A DNA stretch of 64,000 bases, from contig CAYFMD010000002.1 in NCBI GenBank assembly GCA_964344105.1, forward strand, positions 2,905 to 66,904, written 5' to 3'. Under the pieces are notes generated by a model that did no database searches, was not told the origin of the DNA, and saw only the letters and a list, made by a program, of their open reading frames with translations. This DNA is from Candidatus Woesearchaeota archaeon. Its GTDB lineage: Archaea > Nanobdellota > Nanobdellia > Pacearchaeales > GW2011-AR1. The position numbers were made by a program, and so were the translations under genes. Each line of letters opens with the position of its first letter. The first letter of the stretch is position 1. Of the stretch, positions 18,971 to 28,917 are shown piece after piece.

Positions 18971-20239
18971 TCACAGCTTTTGTAGGAAAAATACTATATA
19001 AGCATTTGCATACTCGACGGTAACCTCCTCCCAAGTTACTCCTTTAGATGGATAAACCCTATTCAAAACCTTCTTTCCCTTATCCAAAATCTTGATATCC
19101 AAACCATCTCTTTTAATACTATCAATAATGAATGGCAGTGCACCAAATATGTAAAGATCAGGTGATCTAAATCCAACATTTAACTTTCTATTCTCAATTT
19201 CCATTAATCTCTCTTTATATTTCTTAATCAAAACTAATCTAACAAAAGGAACAAGGGATCTAGAAATAATTTCATTACTAAACCCTATTTTACTCCTAAC
19301 AATATCATTAATATATGGTACATAAAATTTCTCTCCCATGCCTAATATAGCTCTAGAGAGATCTTCAACACTTTCAATTTTCTTTCCAAGGAATCTACTA
19401 AAAAAATATTTAGAAACCTTTAGCATATTCTCCTTAGCAACAAACCACTCCTCTTCCAAATTTTCAACTTTAGGCTTTTTAGGATCTATCTTCCAATGCA
19501 CATAATCTCTTATTTTATAATGAAGATCTGGAATCTCATCAAAAAGTTCTGGAAAATCTTTATCATAACTATCTAACAATATTTCCATAGAGGTTTTATA
19601 ACCAATTTGATACTTCCCAGAAAGCAGTAGAAGGGAAGTACATGCAGCAACATAAGCCTGCTGAACAAAATAAGATAAACATTCTTGTTCGTACTTGCCT
19701 TCTGAAGAATAGTATTCAATCAACTGACTCATTCTATCTAACAATAACTTAGCACCTTCAGATAATGGCATATCTTTCAAAGAAAAATTAGGAATAACTT
19801 TTCTAATATCCATTCCATAAAGAACCTTAGAATTATTCCTAAGCTCATAATTTCTAATTCTAGGTAATAACTTTCTTAAATCAGAAACCGTATCCCACTT
19901 CAAATCAATATAAAAATTATTGTCAATTCTTTGTTCTTCTTTTCTAAATGGATAGAAATTATCAATTCCTCTATAACCTAGTTTTTTAGAAATCTCAACC
20001 GAAATCTTATCTGCTTCTTCCTTGCCCAATTTTTTCTTAGAAACAATCTGTATGTCATAATCATTATAGGGCAAAACCTTCTCATCAACTAGCTTAACAG
20101 GACCCTCTCCTCTTGAAAATCCTCCTGTCAATATTATGGAAATAACCTCTGGATCTGCTTTTTTTATTTCAGAAACAATAAAATCCATGTCTGACTGAAT
20201 TTTCTTATCCGCCTCATCAGAAACAGTATAAACTCCCAT
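18971..20239 (-). CDS. Pol-beta-superfamily nucleotidyltransferase-fold protein with large helical C-terminal domain
   Basis: ILTGGFSRGEG followed by NDYDIQIV, a G[GS]...DxD pattern, then about 300 aa helical. Confidence 0.45.
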   Translation of the reverse strand: MGVYTVSDEADKKIQSDMDFIVSEIKKADPEVISIILTGGFSRGEGPVKLVDEKVLPYNDYDIQIVSKKKLGKEEADKISVEISKKLGYRGIDNFYPFRKEEQRIDNNFYIDLKWDTVSDLRKLLPRIRNYELRNNSKVLYGMDIRKVIPNFSLKDMPLSEGAKLLLDRMSQLIEYYSSEGKYEQECLSYFVQQAYVAACTSLLLLSGKYQIGYKTSMEILLDSYDKDFPELFDEIPDLHYKIRDYVHWKIDPKKPKVENLEEEWFVAKENMLKVSKYFFSRFLGKKIESVEDLSRAILGMGEKFYVPYINDIVRSKIGFSNEIISRSLVPFVRLVLIKKYKERLMEIENRKLNVGFRSPDLYIFGALPFIIDSIKRDGLDIKILDKGKKVLNRVYPSKGVTWEEVTVEYANAYIVFFLQKL

Positions 20240-20275
20240 CTAACCAGCTATCAAATCCAGTTTAAAAGAATATAT

Positions 20276-20722
20276 TTACTCCAAATCTATCCTATCTTCA
20301 ACCTCTATTGAAGTTGAAGAGTCTGAACTTTCTTCTTTTTCAGAAAGTTCTGAATCTTGTGTATACTTCTTGCCTTCCTTCAAAGCAATGTAAGCCTTCT
20401 CAAGCTCAACTCCCAAATCGAAAGCATGATCCATCATCGTAACCAAATCTTCCTTCAGAATGGCTGTATAGACCTCTATAGGGGTGTCTCCTCTTATTAT
20501 CTTTCTAACCTTATTCTCCTTCAAATCACAAAAAGCAGCCTCTATCTTGCCTAAATCTTCATTAACTCTAATCAAGAAATACCCTGCAGGATCTAATCTC
20601 CAAGGCCTTTCAATGCCTGTAGCATCTATCTCTTCAGGTTTCTCCATAGTTATCTCCTTAAAGCCTTCTTTATCATACTTGCCCAAACTTTTACTCTCTT
20701 CTTCTGTCATACCACTAACCAT
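20276..20722 (-). CDS. hypothetical acidic protein
   Basis: 148-aa ORF with acidic Ser/Glu-rich tail. Confidence 0.35.
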   Translation of the reverse strand: MVSGMTEEESKSLGKYDKEGFKEITMEKPEEIDATGIERPWRLDPAGYFLIRVNEDLGKIEAAFCDLKENKVRKIIRGDTPIEVYTAILKEDLVTMMDHAFDLGVELEKAYIALKEGKKYTQDSELSEKEESSDSSTSIEVEDRIDLE

Positions 20723-20811
20723 CTTATGATCTATTTAAGTTTAATCAATATACTGTCTTATCACCTTTAAACCCAATATATGCTTATAAAACAAAAACAT
20801 GACCTAATATA

Positions 20812-21546
20812 ATGAAGAATGAGGTATCAAAAAAGAGCTTATCTTTGATTATCCCTGCACATAATTCAGAAAGAGTTCTAGAGAAATCTATCCGGGAATA
20901 TCACAAAATTTTCTCAAAAGAATTTGACAATTTCGAAATGATTATAGTTTGCAATGCTTGCCATGACAACACTTATCCATTAGCACTCAATCTGGCAAAA
21001 GAATTTCCTATAAACACAATTAACATTCCCCATAGGGGAAAGGGCAACGCATTAATTAGAGGATTCAAATTAGCTAATTACGATTTAATGGGATTTTTAG
21101 ATGTGGACAACCCTTTTGGATCCGATAGGATTTTAGATATGATAAAAAACATACATGAAGACAAATGCGACATGTCAATAGCAACAAAATATCTAAAAGG
21201 ATCTCTAAAAAATAAAAAAGGTGTTAAAGATTCCCAACAAAGAAGGATCATAGCATTAGGCGGGATGATTTTTTCCAGATTTTTCTTTAACTTAACTTTC
21301 AGAGATACTCAAGCAGGGGCCAAATTCTTCAAAAGATCTGTCTGGGAATCTATAAATAGAAATCTAATCTGCGTGGGATTTGATTTTGATATAGAACTTT
21401 TATACAAAGCAAAAAAGAAAAACTTCAGAATAGCTGAATTCTACACCCCCTTAGTAAAATTTGAGAAGTTCTCAACCGTAAGGGCCAGATATCTTGCGGG
21501 AATGGTCTATAGATTAATTAAACTCAGATTTTTCAACACCTTATGA
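20812..21546 (+). CDS. family 2 glycosyltransferase (dolichyl-phosphate sugar synthase-like)
   Basis: LSLIIPAHNSERVLEKSI and FLDVDNPF (DxD). Confidence 0.65.
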   Translation: MKNEVSKKSLSLIIPAHNSERVLEKSIREYHKIFSKEFDNFEMIIVCNACHDNTYPLALNLAKEFPINTINIPHRGKGNALIRGFKLANYDLMGFLDVDNPFGSDRILDMIKNIHEDKCDMSIATKYLKGSLKNKKGVKDSQQRRIIALGGMIFSRFFFNLTFRDTQAGAKFFKRSVWESINRNLICVGFDFDIELLYKAKKKNFRIAEFYTPLVKFEKFSTVRARYLAGMVYRLIKLRFFNTL

Positions 21547-22361
21547 AATCAATTCTATTAACATTCGATTTAGAAGAATTTGATCTCCCTAGGGAACAAA
21601 ATGCCCATATAGATGAACAAGAAATGTACACCACATCTATGAAAGGTCTAACCAACCTTCTAAATATCCTAAACAAACACAATATTCAAGCAACATTCTT
21701 TACAACGGCAAACTTTGCAAAAAAATATCCTAAAACATTAAAGAATCTAGCAAAAGATCATGAAATAGCTAGCCATGGGTTCTCACATTCTGAACCAGTT
21801 ACACTAGAAAACATGAAAGCAGCCAAAGATCTAAAAGAGGAAATTATAGGAAAACCAGTAAGGGGCTTTAGGGCTCCAAGATTCCAAATAGAACACAATG
21901 AAATTCCCTTATTGGATGAAATTGGATTTGAGTATGATTCTTCAACTCACCCAACAATTGCTCCTGGAAAGTATGTTAAGATAAACCAACCAAGATATCC
22001 TCATATGCTGAAGAACATGATAGAGCTCCCAGTAACAACTCTTCCATTATTCCCCTTCCTAAGAGCGCCCAATAATTGGTTTATGTTCAGGAACATCCCA
22101 AAACCATATCATAGGATCTATCCAAAACTGAACTTCCTATCTTCAGATTATACAATGGCATTATTCCATCCCTGGGAATTCACGGATATATCTAAATTCA
22201 ACATACCAAAACATTTCACAAATAAAACCGGAAAGCCATTAGTAAGAATTCTGGACAGCTACATCAAATTGTGCAAAAACAACAACTTCAAATTCCAAAC
22301 CTGCGAGCAATTTCTAAAGAAACATTTAGTAGCACAATACTTAAAACCACAAACAATTTAG
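21543..22361 (+). CDS. polysaccharide deacetylase (NodB/CE4 fold)
   Basis: LLTFDLEEFD (TFDD motif) and HEIASHGFSHS (His motif). Confidence 0.7.
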   Translation: MKSILLTFDLEEFDLPREQNAHIDEQEMYTTSMKGLTNLLNILNKHNIQATFFTTANFAKKYPKTLKNLAKDHEIASHGFSHSEPVTLENMKAAKDLKEEIIGKPVRGFRAPRFQIEHNEIPLLDEIGFEYDSSTHPTIAPGKYVKINQPRYPHMLKNMIELPVTTLPLFPFLRAPNNWFMFRNIPKPYHRIYPKLNFLSSDYTMALFHPWEFTDISKFNIPKHFTNKTGKPLVRILDSYIKLCKNNNFKFQTCEQFLKKHLVAQYLKPQTI

Positions 22362-22368
22362 AAAACTA

Positions 22369-23313
22369 ATGGCAGATCCCATCTCAGATCCTATAAAAGT
22401 TAATCTTCATGGACATGGCTTACCTGATTATGGCCATAAATGGAAGCGCGCTTGTGGATATGATCCATACGCCAACGTTGCAGAAATAATTTTTGATAGG
22501 TGCGTGGCTGCAGGAATTGGAATCTATACTCTAACCAACGAACCAGAATTTCCTGGATACAGAGAAAAATCAAGATATCTAAGTGTTAATGATTTCGCAA
22601 AAGAACTAGAATCTGGGGGAAGATATGAAAGAACTCCTCTTGATACTAGTGCATTCCATCTAAGAAGAAAAAAGGATGACAAAGAATTAATATTCCTGAG
22701 GGGGCAAAGTCTAAGGGTTACTGATGTTATTCCCAGAAGGAAGGATAAAAGAGAATATGAATTATTAACAGTTGGAAGGGATGATATGGGTAACTTTGAT
22801 TCCTTTGATGCAGCCTTCAATTATTTAAGAGCCCAGGGTCTCCCAGCAATCGGAGAGCATCCTCTAGCCTATGGCCATCATGGGCCTATAGAAAGAGAGA
22901 GATTAGAATTATTCTTGGAAACAAAATTACTAACTGCCGTGGAATGGAACGGAAAACTTGGAATGACAAACTGGTCTTGGTTATTTCCCCCCATTTTTAC
23001 TGGATGGAATAATGGATTAAGAGAAAAAGTTGATCAAGTTCGTGGAGCAAGAAGAAGTAGAAACACCGAGCTAGAAACTCTTGCAATAAAATTTAGAACC
23101 CCTATGATTGCAAATGATGATGCAGATCTTCCAGAACAAATTGGAATAGCTTCAACAACTTTTGAAAGAAGTGCCATAAGAATGGAGACTAGTGGATCTG
23201 AAATAGTAGAAGATATCTATAGGCTAATAAGGGACGGATGGTTTAAAGCAAACAAAGGAGATATAGGCACTCTAGGATTCCTAAGATATGGGCATAAAAT
23301 AGCAACGGTCTAA
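22369..23313 (+). CDS. hypothetical protein, possible metal-dependent hydrolase
   Basis: His-rich N-terminus VNLHGHGLPDYGH. No confident family assignment. Confidence 0.3.
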   Translation: MADPISDPIKVNLHGHGLPDYGHKWKRACGYDPYANVAEIIFDRCVAAGIGIYTLTNEPEFPGYREKSRYLSVNDFAKELESGGRYERTPLDTSAFHLRRKKDDKELIFLRGQSLRVTDVIPRRKDKREYELLTVGRDDMGNFDSFDAAFNYLRAQGLPAIGEHPLAYGHHGPIERERLELFLETKLLTAVEWNGKLGMTNWSWLFPPIFTGWNNGLREKVDQVRGARRSRNTELETLAIKFRTPMIANDDADLPEQIGIASTTFERSAIRMETSGSEIVEDIYRLIRDGWFKANKGDIGTLGFLRYGHKIATV

Positions 23314-24990
23314 TCACTGAATAACTTTCAATTCAACAACTTCAATCTTCTTATGTGGAATAGGTTCTGTAGCTCCTGGTTTCATAGCCGCTAAATCTTG
23401 TCTAGGATTATGTAAGTTAGCTAACATTCTAGCTGTCTGCTCTGGAGTCAAAATCTCATCTTCCACATTTCTTACTTCTGGTTTCCTGCTAAAGTCTTTT
23501 AGATGTCCAAACAAAGCAGTAACGCCTTCAAAGGTATACTTAACATCCTCCCAGCTTCTTATTCTAGATTTGGCATGATGCCAAATATAACTGGGTCTTA
23601 GGTAAGTCATATAATTGTGCTTACAAAGTCCCTGGATTTCTTCAGGTGTCATCTCCATATTCTTCAAAGCAGGCTGATCCATAGCTAACTTCTCATAATC
23701 ATCTTTCTCAAATCTCAGCCAACCTTCCTGAATAGCCTCTTCATATAATGGAGTTCCTGGGTAGGGCATAACAATTGTAGACTGATGGATATCAACTAAT
23801 CCTGCGCTCATCATCTTATCTGCAAGCTCAAAAACCCTCATAGAATCCTGCTTAGTCTCCCAAGGATAACCTACCATCATAGTCAAATGAACAGTTAGCC
23901 CAGCATCTTTGGCATCCTTACAATGTCCAAAAACCTTATCGATATCCGTACCCTTATCTAACTTATCAATAGTCTTCTGACAACCACTTTCCAAACCAAA
24001 CTTCAATAATCTAAATCCGGCCTTCTTCATCAACCTATACATCTCTGCATCAACCCAGCCAAACCTCATGTTACAACTATACATAACCTTCTCATTATAA
24101 CCACTTTCAATCATCAACTCACAAAACTTCTTCAACCAAGGGCCTGGAGGAATTGTTCCTGCATCATCAAAAATTTCTCTAGCTCCAAAATTATCAACTA
24201 AATGTTTAACCTCTTCAAATGTATTCTCCGGAGTCCTCTGCTTGTAAGCACCTTTAGGATATAATGCATGATCCCAAACACAAAAAGTACATTTTCCCCA
24301 AGCACAATCTCTAGCACTCATAATATAGAACTGAGGCCTTCCTTTCAAGTTAAACTCATCCTGATAGTTCATATATTTTGTTAGATTCCTATCTGGAAAC
24401 GGAGCATCATTAATATTCCTGTCAGTCTCTTTATAGAATTCATACCTACCATTCTCAACTACTTCTCCATTTTCATTTCTATACCATACTCCATGAGGTG
24501 CACCTTTCTTGCCTTCATTTAACCATTCAACCAAATCTGAGAAAGCAAAATCATAATACCCTCCATTAATCACATAATCCACCTTACTATTATCTAAAGT
24601 CTCTTTAGGAAGATAACTAACATGATCTCCACAAATTGCTATCTTCATCCATGGAAACTTTTCTTTCATGTGATTAATTCCTTTCCAATGAGCTTTAACC
24701 ACTGGAGCCTTTGTCTCAAACAAGAATATATCTGGCGTTTCCCTCTCAATTATCTTATCAAATTCTTGCCACCCCAAAAATTGAGCAATAGCGTCTTCCC
24801 AGATCACATCATGACCGTTCTCTTTGACCATTGTAGCACCAGTACCTAAAACAACTGGATACAAAAAAGTAGGTTTGTTAAAATACTGAAATTGTCTATT
24901 TTGGCTCAACAAAGGGGTTCCCAAAGGACTTTGCGTAGGCGGAAATCCCACCATTATCTTCATCTTCTTTTTCATATTATCACCATCCAT
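23314..24990 (-). CDS. B12-binding-domain radical SAM enzyme (class B, putative methyltransferase)
   Basis: CAWGKCTFCVW CxxxCxxC after an N-terminal domain of about 200 aa. 558 aa. Confidence 0.65.
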   Translation of the reverse strand: MDGDNMKKKMKIMVGFPPTQSPLGTPLLSQNRQFQYFNKPTFLYPVVLGTGATMVKENGHDVIWEDAIAQFLGWQEFDKIIERETPDIFLFETKAPVVKAHWKGINHMKEKFPWMKIAICGDHVSYLPKETLDNSKVDYVINGGYYDFAFSDLVEWLNEGKKGAPHGVWYRNENGEVVENGRYEFYKETDRNINDAPFPDRNLTKYMNYQDEFNLKGRPQFYIMSARDCAWGKCTFCVWDHALYPKGAYKQRTPENTFEEVKHLVDNFGAREIFDDAGTIPPGPWLKKFCELMIESGYNEKVMYSCNMRFGWVDAEMYRLMKKAGFRLLKFGLESGCQKTIDKLDKGTDIDKVFGHCKDAKDAGLTVHLTMMVGYPWETKQDSMRVFELADKMMSAGLVDIHQSTIVMPYPGTPLYEEAIQEGWLRFEKDDYEKLAMDQPALKNMEMTPEEIQGLCKHNYMTYLRPSYIWHHAKSRIRSWEDVKYTFEGVTALFGHLKDFSRKPEVRNVEDEILTPEQTARMLANLHNPRQDLAAMKPGATEPIPHKKIEVVELKVIQ

Positions 24991-25063
24991 TATCCTTTTA
25001 TTAAGCTTTAAACTCTGTATAATATCTATTATAACGGATATATTTAAACATAACTATAGTTAA

Positions 25064-25246
25064 TTATTCGCTTCCTCTGAACCCTCTATCAGCAAACATT
25101 CCTATAGTAAATCCTATTATTCCTATTAGAAAAGATAATCTCCAACTCAATCCCCAATCAAAATATGGTTTACCAAAAAACACAAAAGATCCAAGAAGGG
25201 GCATAACATATTCAGGTAATCCCATAAAATTCAAACCCTCATTCAA
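25064..25246 (-). CDS. small membrane protein
   Basis: 60 aa with two hydrophobic segments. Confidence 0.3.
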   Translation of the reverse strand: MNEGLNFMGLPEYVMPLLGSFVFFGKPYFDWGLSWRLSFLIGIIGFTIGMFADRGFRGSE

Positions 25247-25265
25247 TATATAAACATTTATTCAA

Positions 25266-25784
25266 TTAAAAATAATCATCAACTTTCAGCTTAAACTGCA
25301 GCCAGAAAATCCAAAAGAAAAACAATCCTGCATCAACTATTGGCAATACTAAATCAGAATGCTCTCCAAAATAATTAATTAAATTAAATCCTATCTCATA
25401 ATTGGAAAAAGGATAGAATGGCATAAGTGTATCTATAAATATTGTATCTAAACCAATATGGATCAAACTACCTGCAGCAAAAATAAAAAAGATGAAACTA
25501 AAACTCATATGTCTCTGCCTCAATCCCTTATGATTCACATCAAACTTCATCGCCAATAATCCTAAAAACAAAAATATTAATGGGATAAACAAAGAATGAA
25601 AAAACAATCTATCATGGTAATTTAGATTTATCAAATATTCTATATCTGGGAAGACTCCTGCTATAGCAGCTAACAAGATATAATATCTAGGAAATTTCCT
25701 ATTATTCTTAAAAAAATATTCTCTAAATAATTCTATTGCTATAATTGCAACCAAAACATGAGTAGTTGTGTATGGCATTTTCAC
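25266..25784 (-). CDS. membrane-bound metal-dependent hydrolase-like protein (YdjM/DUF457-like)
   Basis: Polytopic protein with conserved His/Asp in loops (HSLFIP, HIGLD). Confidence 0.35.
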   Translation of the reverse strand: MKMPYTTTHVLVAIIAIELFREYFFKNNRKFPRYYILLAAIAGVFPDIEYLINLNYHDRLFFHSLFIPLIFLFLGLLAMKFDVNHKGLRQRHMSFSFIFFIFAAGSLIHIGLDTIFIDTLMPFYPFSNYEIGFNLINYFGEHSDLVLPIVDAGLFFFWIFWLQFKLKVDDYF

Positions 25785-25820
25785 CTCTATAAAAATAGGA
25801 ATAAAAACTCTTACTTAAAT

Positions 25821-26873
25821 CTATCTAGAATTCCACCTAACCTTCGCGCCCTTTTCAGACTTAGTAAAGATGCCTTTCAACCATCCAATCCCATAAGCAA
25901 AATGCGTAGAAACACTAACTCCAAAAACAACCATGCTTGTAAAAATATTTTTCTTCAAACTACCTAGGGCCATTAGAATAAAATAAACAGCAAATCCTGC
26001 AAGAATCAAATTACTATAAACTCCATAATAAATTCCCAAAATCCCTAAGATAAAAACTAACAATCCAATTGTGGGGATCATATAATACAGCTTTTCAAAT
26101 GAAAAATTTTCCTTAGACAGCCAAGCAATATCTCTGCTGTAAATATACATCTGCTTGATATGCTTCCATATAGTATCTCTCCTATGATGATTAACTTTAA
26201 CATCTCCTGCATAAAACACTCTAAGGCCCTTCTCCCATACATCAAAACAATACTTTGAATCTTCTGCAGTTAAGAAATTAGAATCATATTCTATTCCCAA
26301 TTTCCTAGAAATAAAATTGCAACTAGGCAATTCCCAAGAGTCTTGGTTCTCAGCCACTTTATATCTTATAGCTGCTTGGCCAGAAACAAAGAAATTACTC
26401 AAAACATATCCAGAAATATGCTCTGCAAAATTAGCTTCTGGAGGGGTTAAATTAGGCCCTCCTACCAACCCGATTTTCTCATCCTCAAAATACTTCATCG
26501 CGTTCTTCAACCAATCTCTTTTTGGATACGCATCGTCATCTATGAAAGCAAAAAATTGTCCTTCTGCAATCTGCATAGCCTTATTTCTCTTCAGTGCAGG
26601 CTTAACCTTGCCAGTCTCAATTATCCTCAACCTATCATCCTTAGACCTCTTATTGCAATGGTCTGGTAAAACAATAACCTCAAAATCTGGATAATCTAAC
26701 TTCAAACATTCTCTTATGCATTTAATACATTGATCGTTAATAGTAATGCAAGGGATAATTATACTCACTTTTTTGCTCAGAGAATTTTGCATAGATGAGA
26801 TTTCCGAAGGAAATTTAGCAAAATTATCTTTTAGGGGGATTGGAAAAACGGAGTTTTTCAAATGTCTCTTCAT
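25821..26873 (-). CDS. family 2 glycosyltransferase with C-terminal TM anchor
   Basis: VSIIIPCITINDQ and FIDDDAYP. C-terminal hydrophobic helices. Confidence 0.65.
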   Translation of the reverse strand: MKRHLKNSVFPIPLKDNFAKFPSEISSMQNSLSKKVSIIIPCITINDQCIKCIRECLKLDYPDFEVIVLPDHCNKRSKDDRLRIIETGKVKPALKRNKAMQIAEGQFFAFIDDDAYPKRDWLKNAMKYFEDEKIGLVGGPNLTPPEANFAEHISGYVLSNFFVSGQAAIRYKVAENQDSWELPSCNFISRKLGIEYDSNFLTAEDSKYCFDVWEKGLRVFYAGDVKVNHHRRDTIWKHIKQMYIYSRDIAWLSKENFSFEKLYYMIPTIGLLVFILGILGIYYGVYSNLILAGFAVYFILMALGSLKKNIFTSMVVFGVSVSTHFAYGIGWLKGIFTKSEKGAKVRWNSR

Positions 26874-26876
26874 AAA

Positions 26877-27818
26877 TTATAGCCTCTTTTTGAAGCTTAA
26901 ATAGATTCCTATGATTGAAGGAATAATTCCAGCTACAACTAATCCTATTATAGACATAGAGAAAACCTTGGCAGCACTAACTCCAAATAATGCAAACAAA
27001 CTAATCAAAGTAGCCTCTCTAGTTCCTAGCCCATTGATGCTAATTGGTATCATAGTAACCAGAGTCCCTATAGGATAAATAGCAAAATAAACCATCAATG
27101 GAACATCTATACCTAAAGAAAGTCCGATATAATATGCAGTAACATAATTCAACATCCAATTAATAAAATTCAAAGCAAAGAAAAGTACAAAATATCTCTT
27201 TCTAGGAACGTGTTCATAAAATGAATTGAAAGTCATCTTTGCCTTTTCTCTTAACCTAGCCGGAATCAATTTTCTATGGAAAAATTTCAAAATAAAATAA
27301 CTCCTTTCTTTCTTTATGAAAAACAAGATTCCCAAAACAAAAAATAAAAATAGGGCACTAAAGAAAGTCACAGGTAGATCTAGGGTATCCTTAAACTGGT
27401 AAGAGAATAACAATGCAATAAATATTATAGCACTAACATCTAATATCTTATCAATAACAAAATTAAACAATCCCTTCCCTATTTTATCATCTGCATATTC
27501 TTTCAAATATTCTGCTCTTATTACTGAACCAACCTTAGAGGGTGTTACAAATCCATAATAATTTTCAACCAAATTAATCTTGAAAGCTTTCTTGAAAGGA
27601 ACTTTCATATCCTGGAATCTTGCTATAGTGAACCATTTCAAAGTTTCAGAAAACAATCTAATAATTATTACTAAAATAGCAATAGAAATAAAATAAATAT
27701 TAACCCTGCTAACTTCTTTAACCACCTCACTAAAATCAATCTTAGCCAATATGTAAACAAACAAAATTATACCAATTATGGGCAAATATTTTTTCCAATT
27801 TCTTATAAAATAATTCAT
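26877..27818 (-). CDS. polytopic membrane protein (flippase-like / UPF0104-like)
   Basis: About 8 TM helices, sitting between a GT2 and the AglH-like gene. Confidence 0.35.
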   Translation of the reverse strand: MNYFIRNWKKYLPIIGIILFVYILAKIDFSEVVKEVSRVNIYFISIAILVIIIRLFSETLKWFTIARFQDMKVPFKKAFKINLVENYYGFVTPSKVGSVIRAEYLKEYADDKIGKGLFNFVIDKILDVSAIIFIALLFSYQFKDTLDLPVTFFSALFLFFVLGILFFIKKERSYFILKFFHRKLIPARLREKAKMTFNSFYEHVPRKRYFVLFFALNFINWMLNYVTAYYIGLSLGIDVPLMVYFAIYPIGTLVTMIPISINGLGTREATLISLFALFGVSAAKVFSMSIIGLVVAGIIPSIIGIYLSFKKRL

Positions 27819-28825
27819 ATTAATGCCCCCTTAAAGATAAAAAAGGCCAATAAACAAATAACAATCTGTATCAGGAAAATAAAATGAACAACATCCTTTT
27901 CATACACCTTCTTTTTATATTTCTTCAATATTAGTAGTGAAAGATGAGTCATTCCATAAACCTTGCTATAAGGTATTTCCAAACTGCCATCCTCATTAAC
28001 TTTAGCAAAAGAAGGCTTCTTCAACCTACCTCTAACTTTCAAAAAAGTCTCAACAATATATGGAATAAAAACAAAAACCGCTATTCTCTCAAAATTACCC
28101 AATATTGCCATAGCGGCTATCAGTGCTCCAATAGAATATGTCAAAACATCTCCTGGGAAAACTTTAGCAGGAACTTTGTTGTACATATAGAAAACGATCA
28201 ATGCCATAACCATGCACAATCCAACTACTGTCAGCCAAGCACTTCCCGTTAGATATGCTATGAGGCTCAAAAAACTAATTATTATAATCCCTTGGCCGCT
28301 TTCCAACCCATTAAATCCTGCTAGAAAATTGTAAGTAGTTGTAGCCCCTGCAATGCCTATTGGAATTAATAATAACGGATAATAGATTCCTAGATCAACA
28401 ACACCCCAAATAGGAATCTCAATAACCTTTGAACCTGCATTAATAACAACCAATGGAATTGAAGCCATAAATGCCAAAAACAACCTAAACTTTATTGACA
28501 ACCCTCTAGATGTCCATCCAAGAACATCATCCACAAAGCCGATCAAACCAACTAATAATATCAAACTCAATAATGCAAATATTTTTGTAACTTCTCCATT
28601 ACCTCCCAAAAAGAATGTCTTCAAAGCAATATAGCTTAAAACTCCTACAACAAAACTTATCACAACAATTATTCCTCCAGAAGCCGCCACAGCCTTCTTC
28701 TTATCAACCTTATTCATATCTTCCCACAACAATCCAACCTCTCTACACTTTTGTATCCATTTAGGCAATGCATAAAAGCACAAGGCAAAACTCAATAACA
28801 TAGATAGTGCCAATAAATTTTCCAT
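27815..28825 (-). CDS. GT4-family (MraY/WecA/AglH-like) dolichyl-phosphate HexNAc-1-phosphate transferase
   Basis: Polytopic protein with NFLAGFNGLESGQG, an MraY-like NxxNxxDGxDGL-type motif. Confidence 0.65.
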   Translation of the reverse strand: MENLLALSMLLSFALCFYALPKWIQKCREVGLLWEDMNKVDKKKAVAASGGIIVVISFVVGVLSYIALKTFFLGGNGEVTKIFALLSLILLVGLIGFVDDVLGWTSRGLSIKFRLFLAFMASIPLVVINAGSKVIEIPIWGVVDLGIYYPLLLIPIGIAGATTTYNFLAGFNGLESGQGIIIISFLSLIAYLTGSAWLTVVGLCMVMALIVFYMYNKVPAKVFPGDVLTYSIGALIAAMAILGNFERIAVFVFIPYIVETFLKVRGRLKKPSFAKVNEDGSLEIPYSKVYGMTHLSLLILKKYKKKVYEKDVVHFIFLIQIVICLLAFFIFKGALI

Positions 28826-28917
28826 TTTTATATTCTCTTTTAAGTACCAAATTATAAGTGTTTTTAATATTATAGGTTAGAAATATCTTCTAGCACTAAC
28901 AGATACCAAAACCAAAA

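Noticed and set aside
18971-20239. Nucleotidyltransferase-fold protein as a CBASS cyclase
   Set aside because: No recognisable effector, TM, nuclease or patatin partner and no Cap genes lie adjacent. It is embedded in a glycan locus. Only a fold-level resemblance remains, so it was kept as a low-confidence note in a finding.
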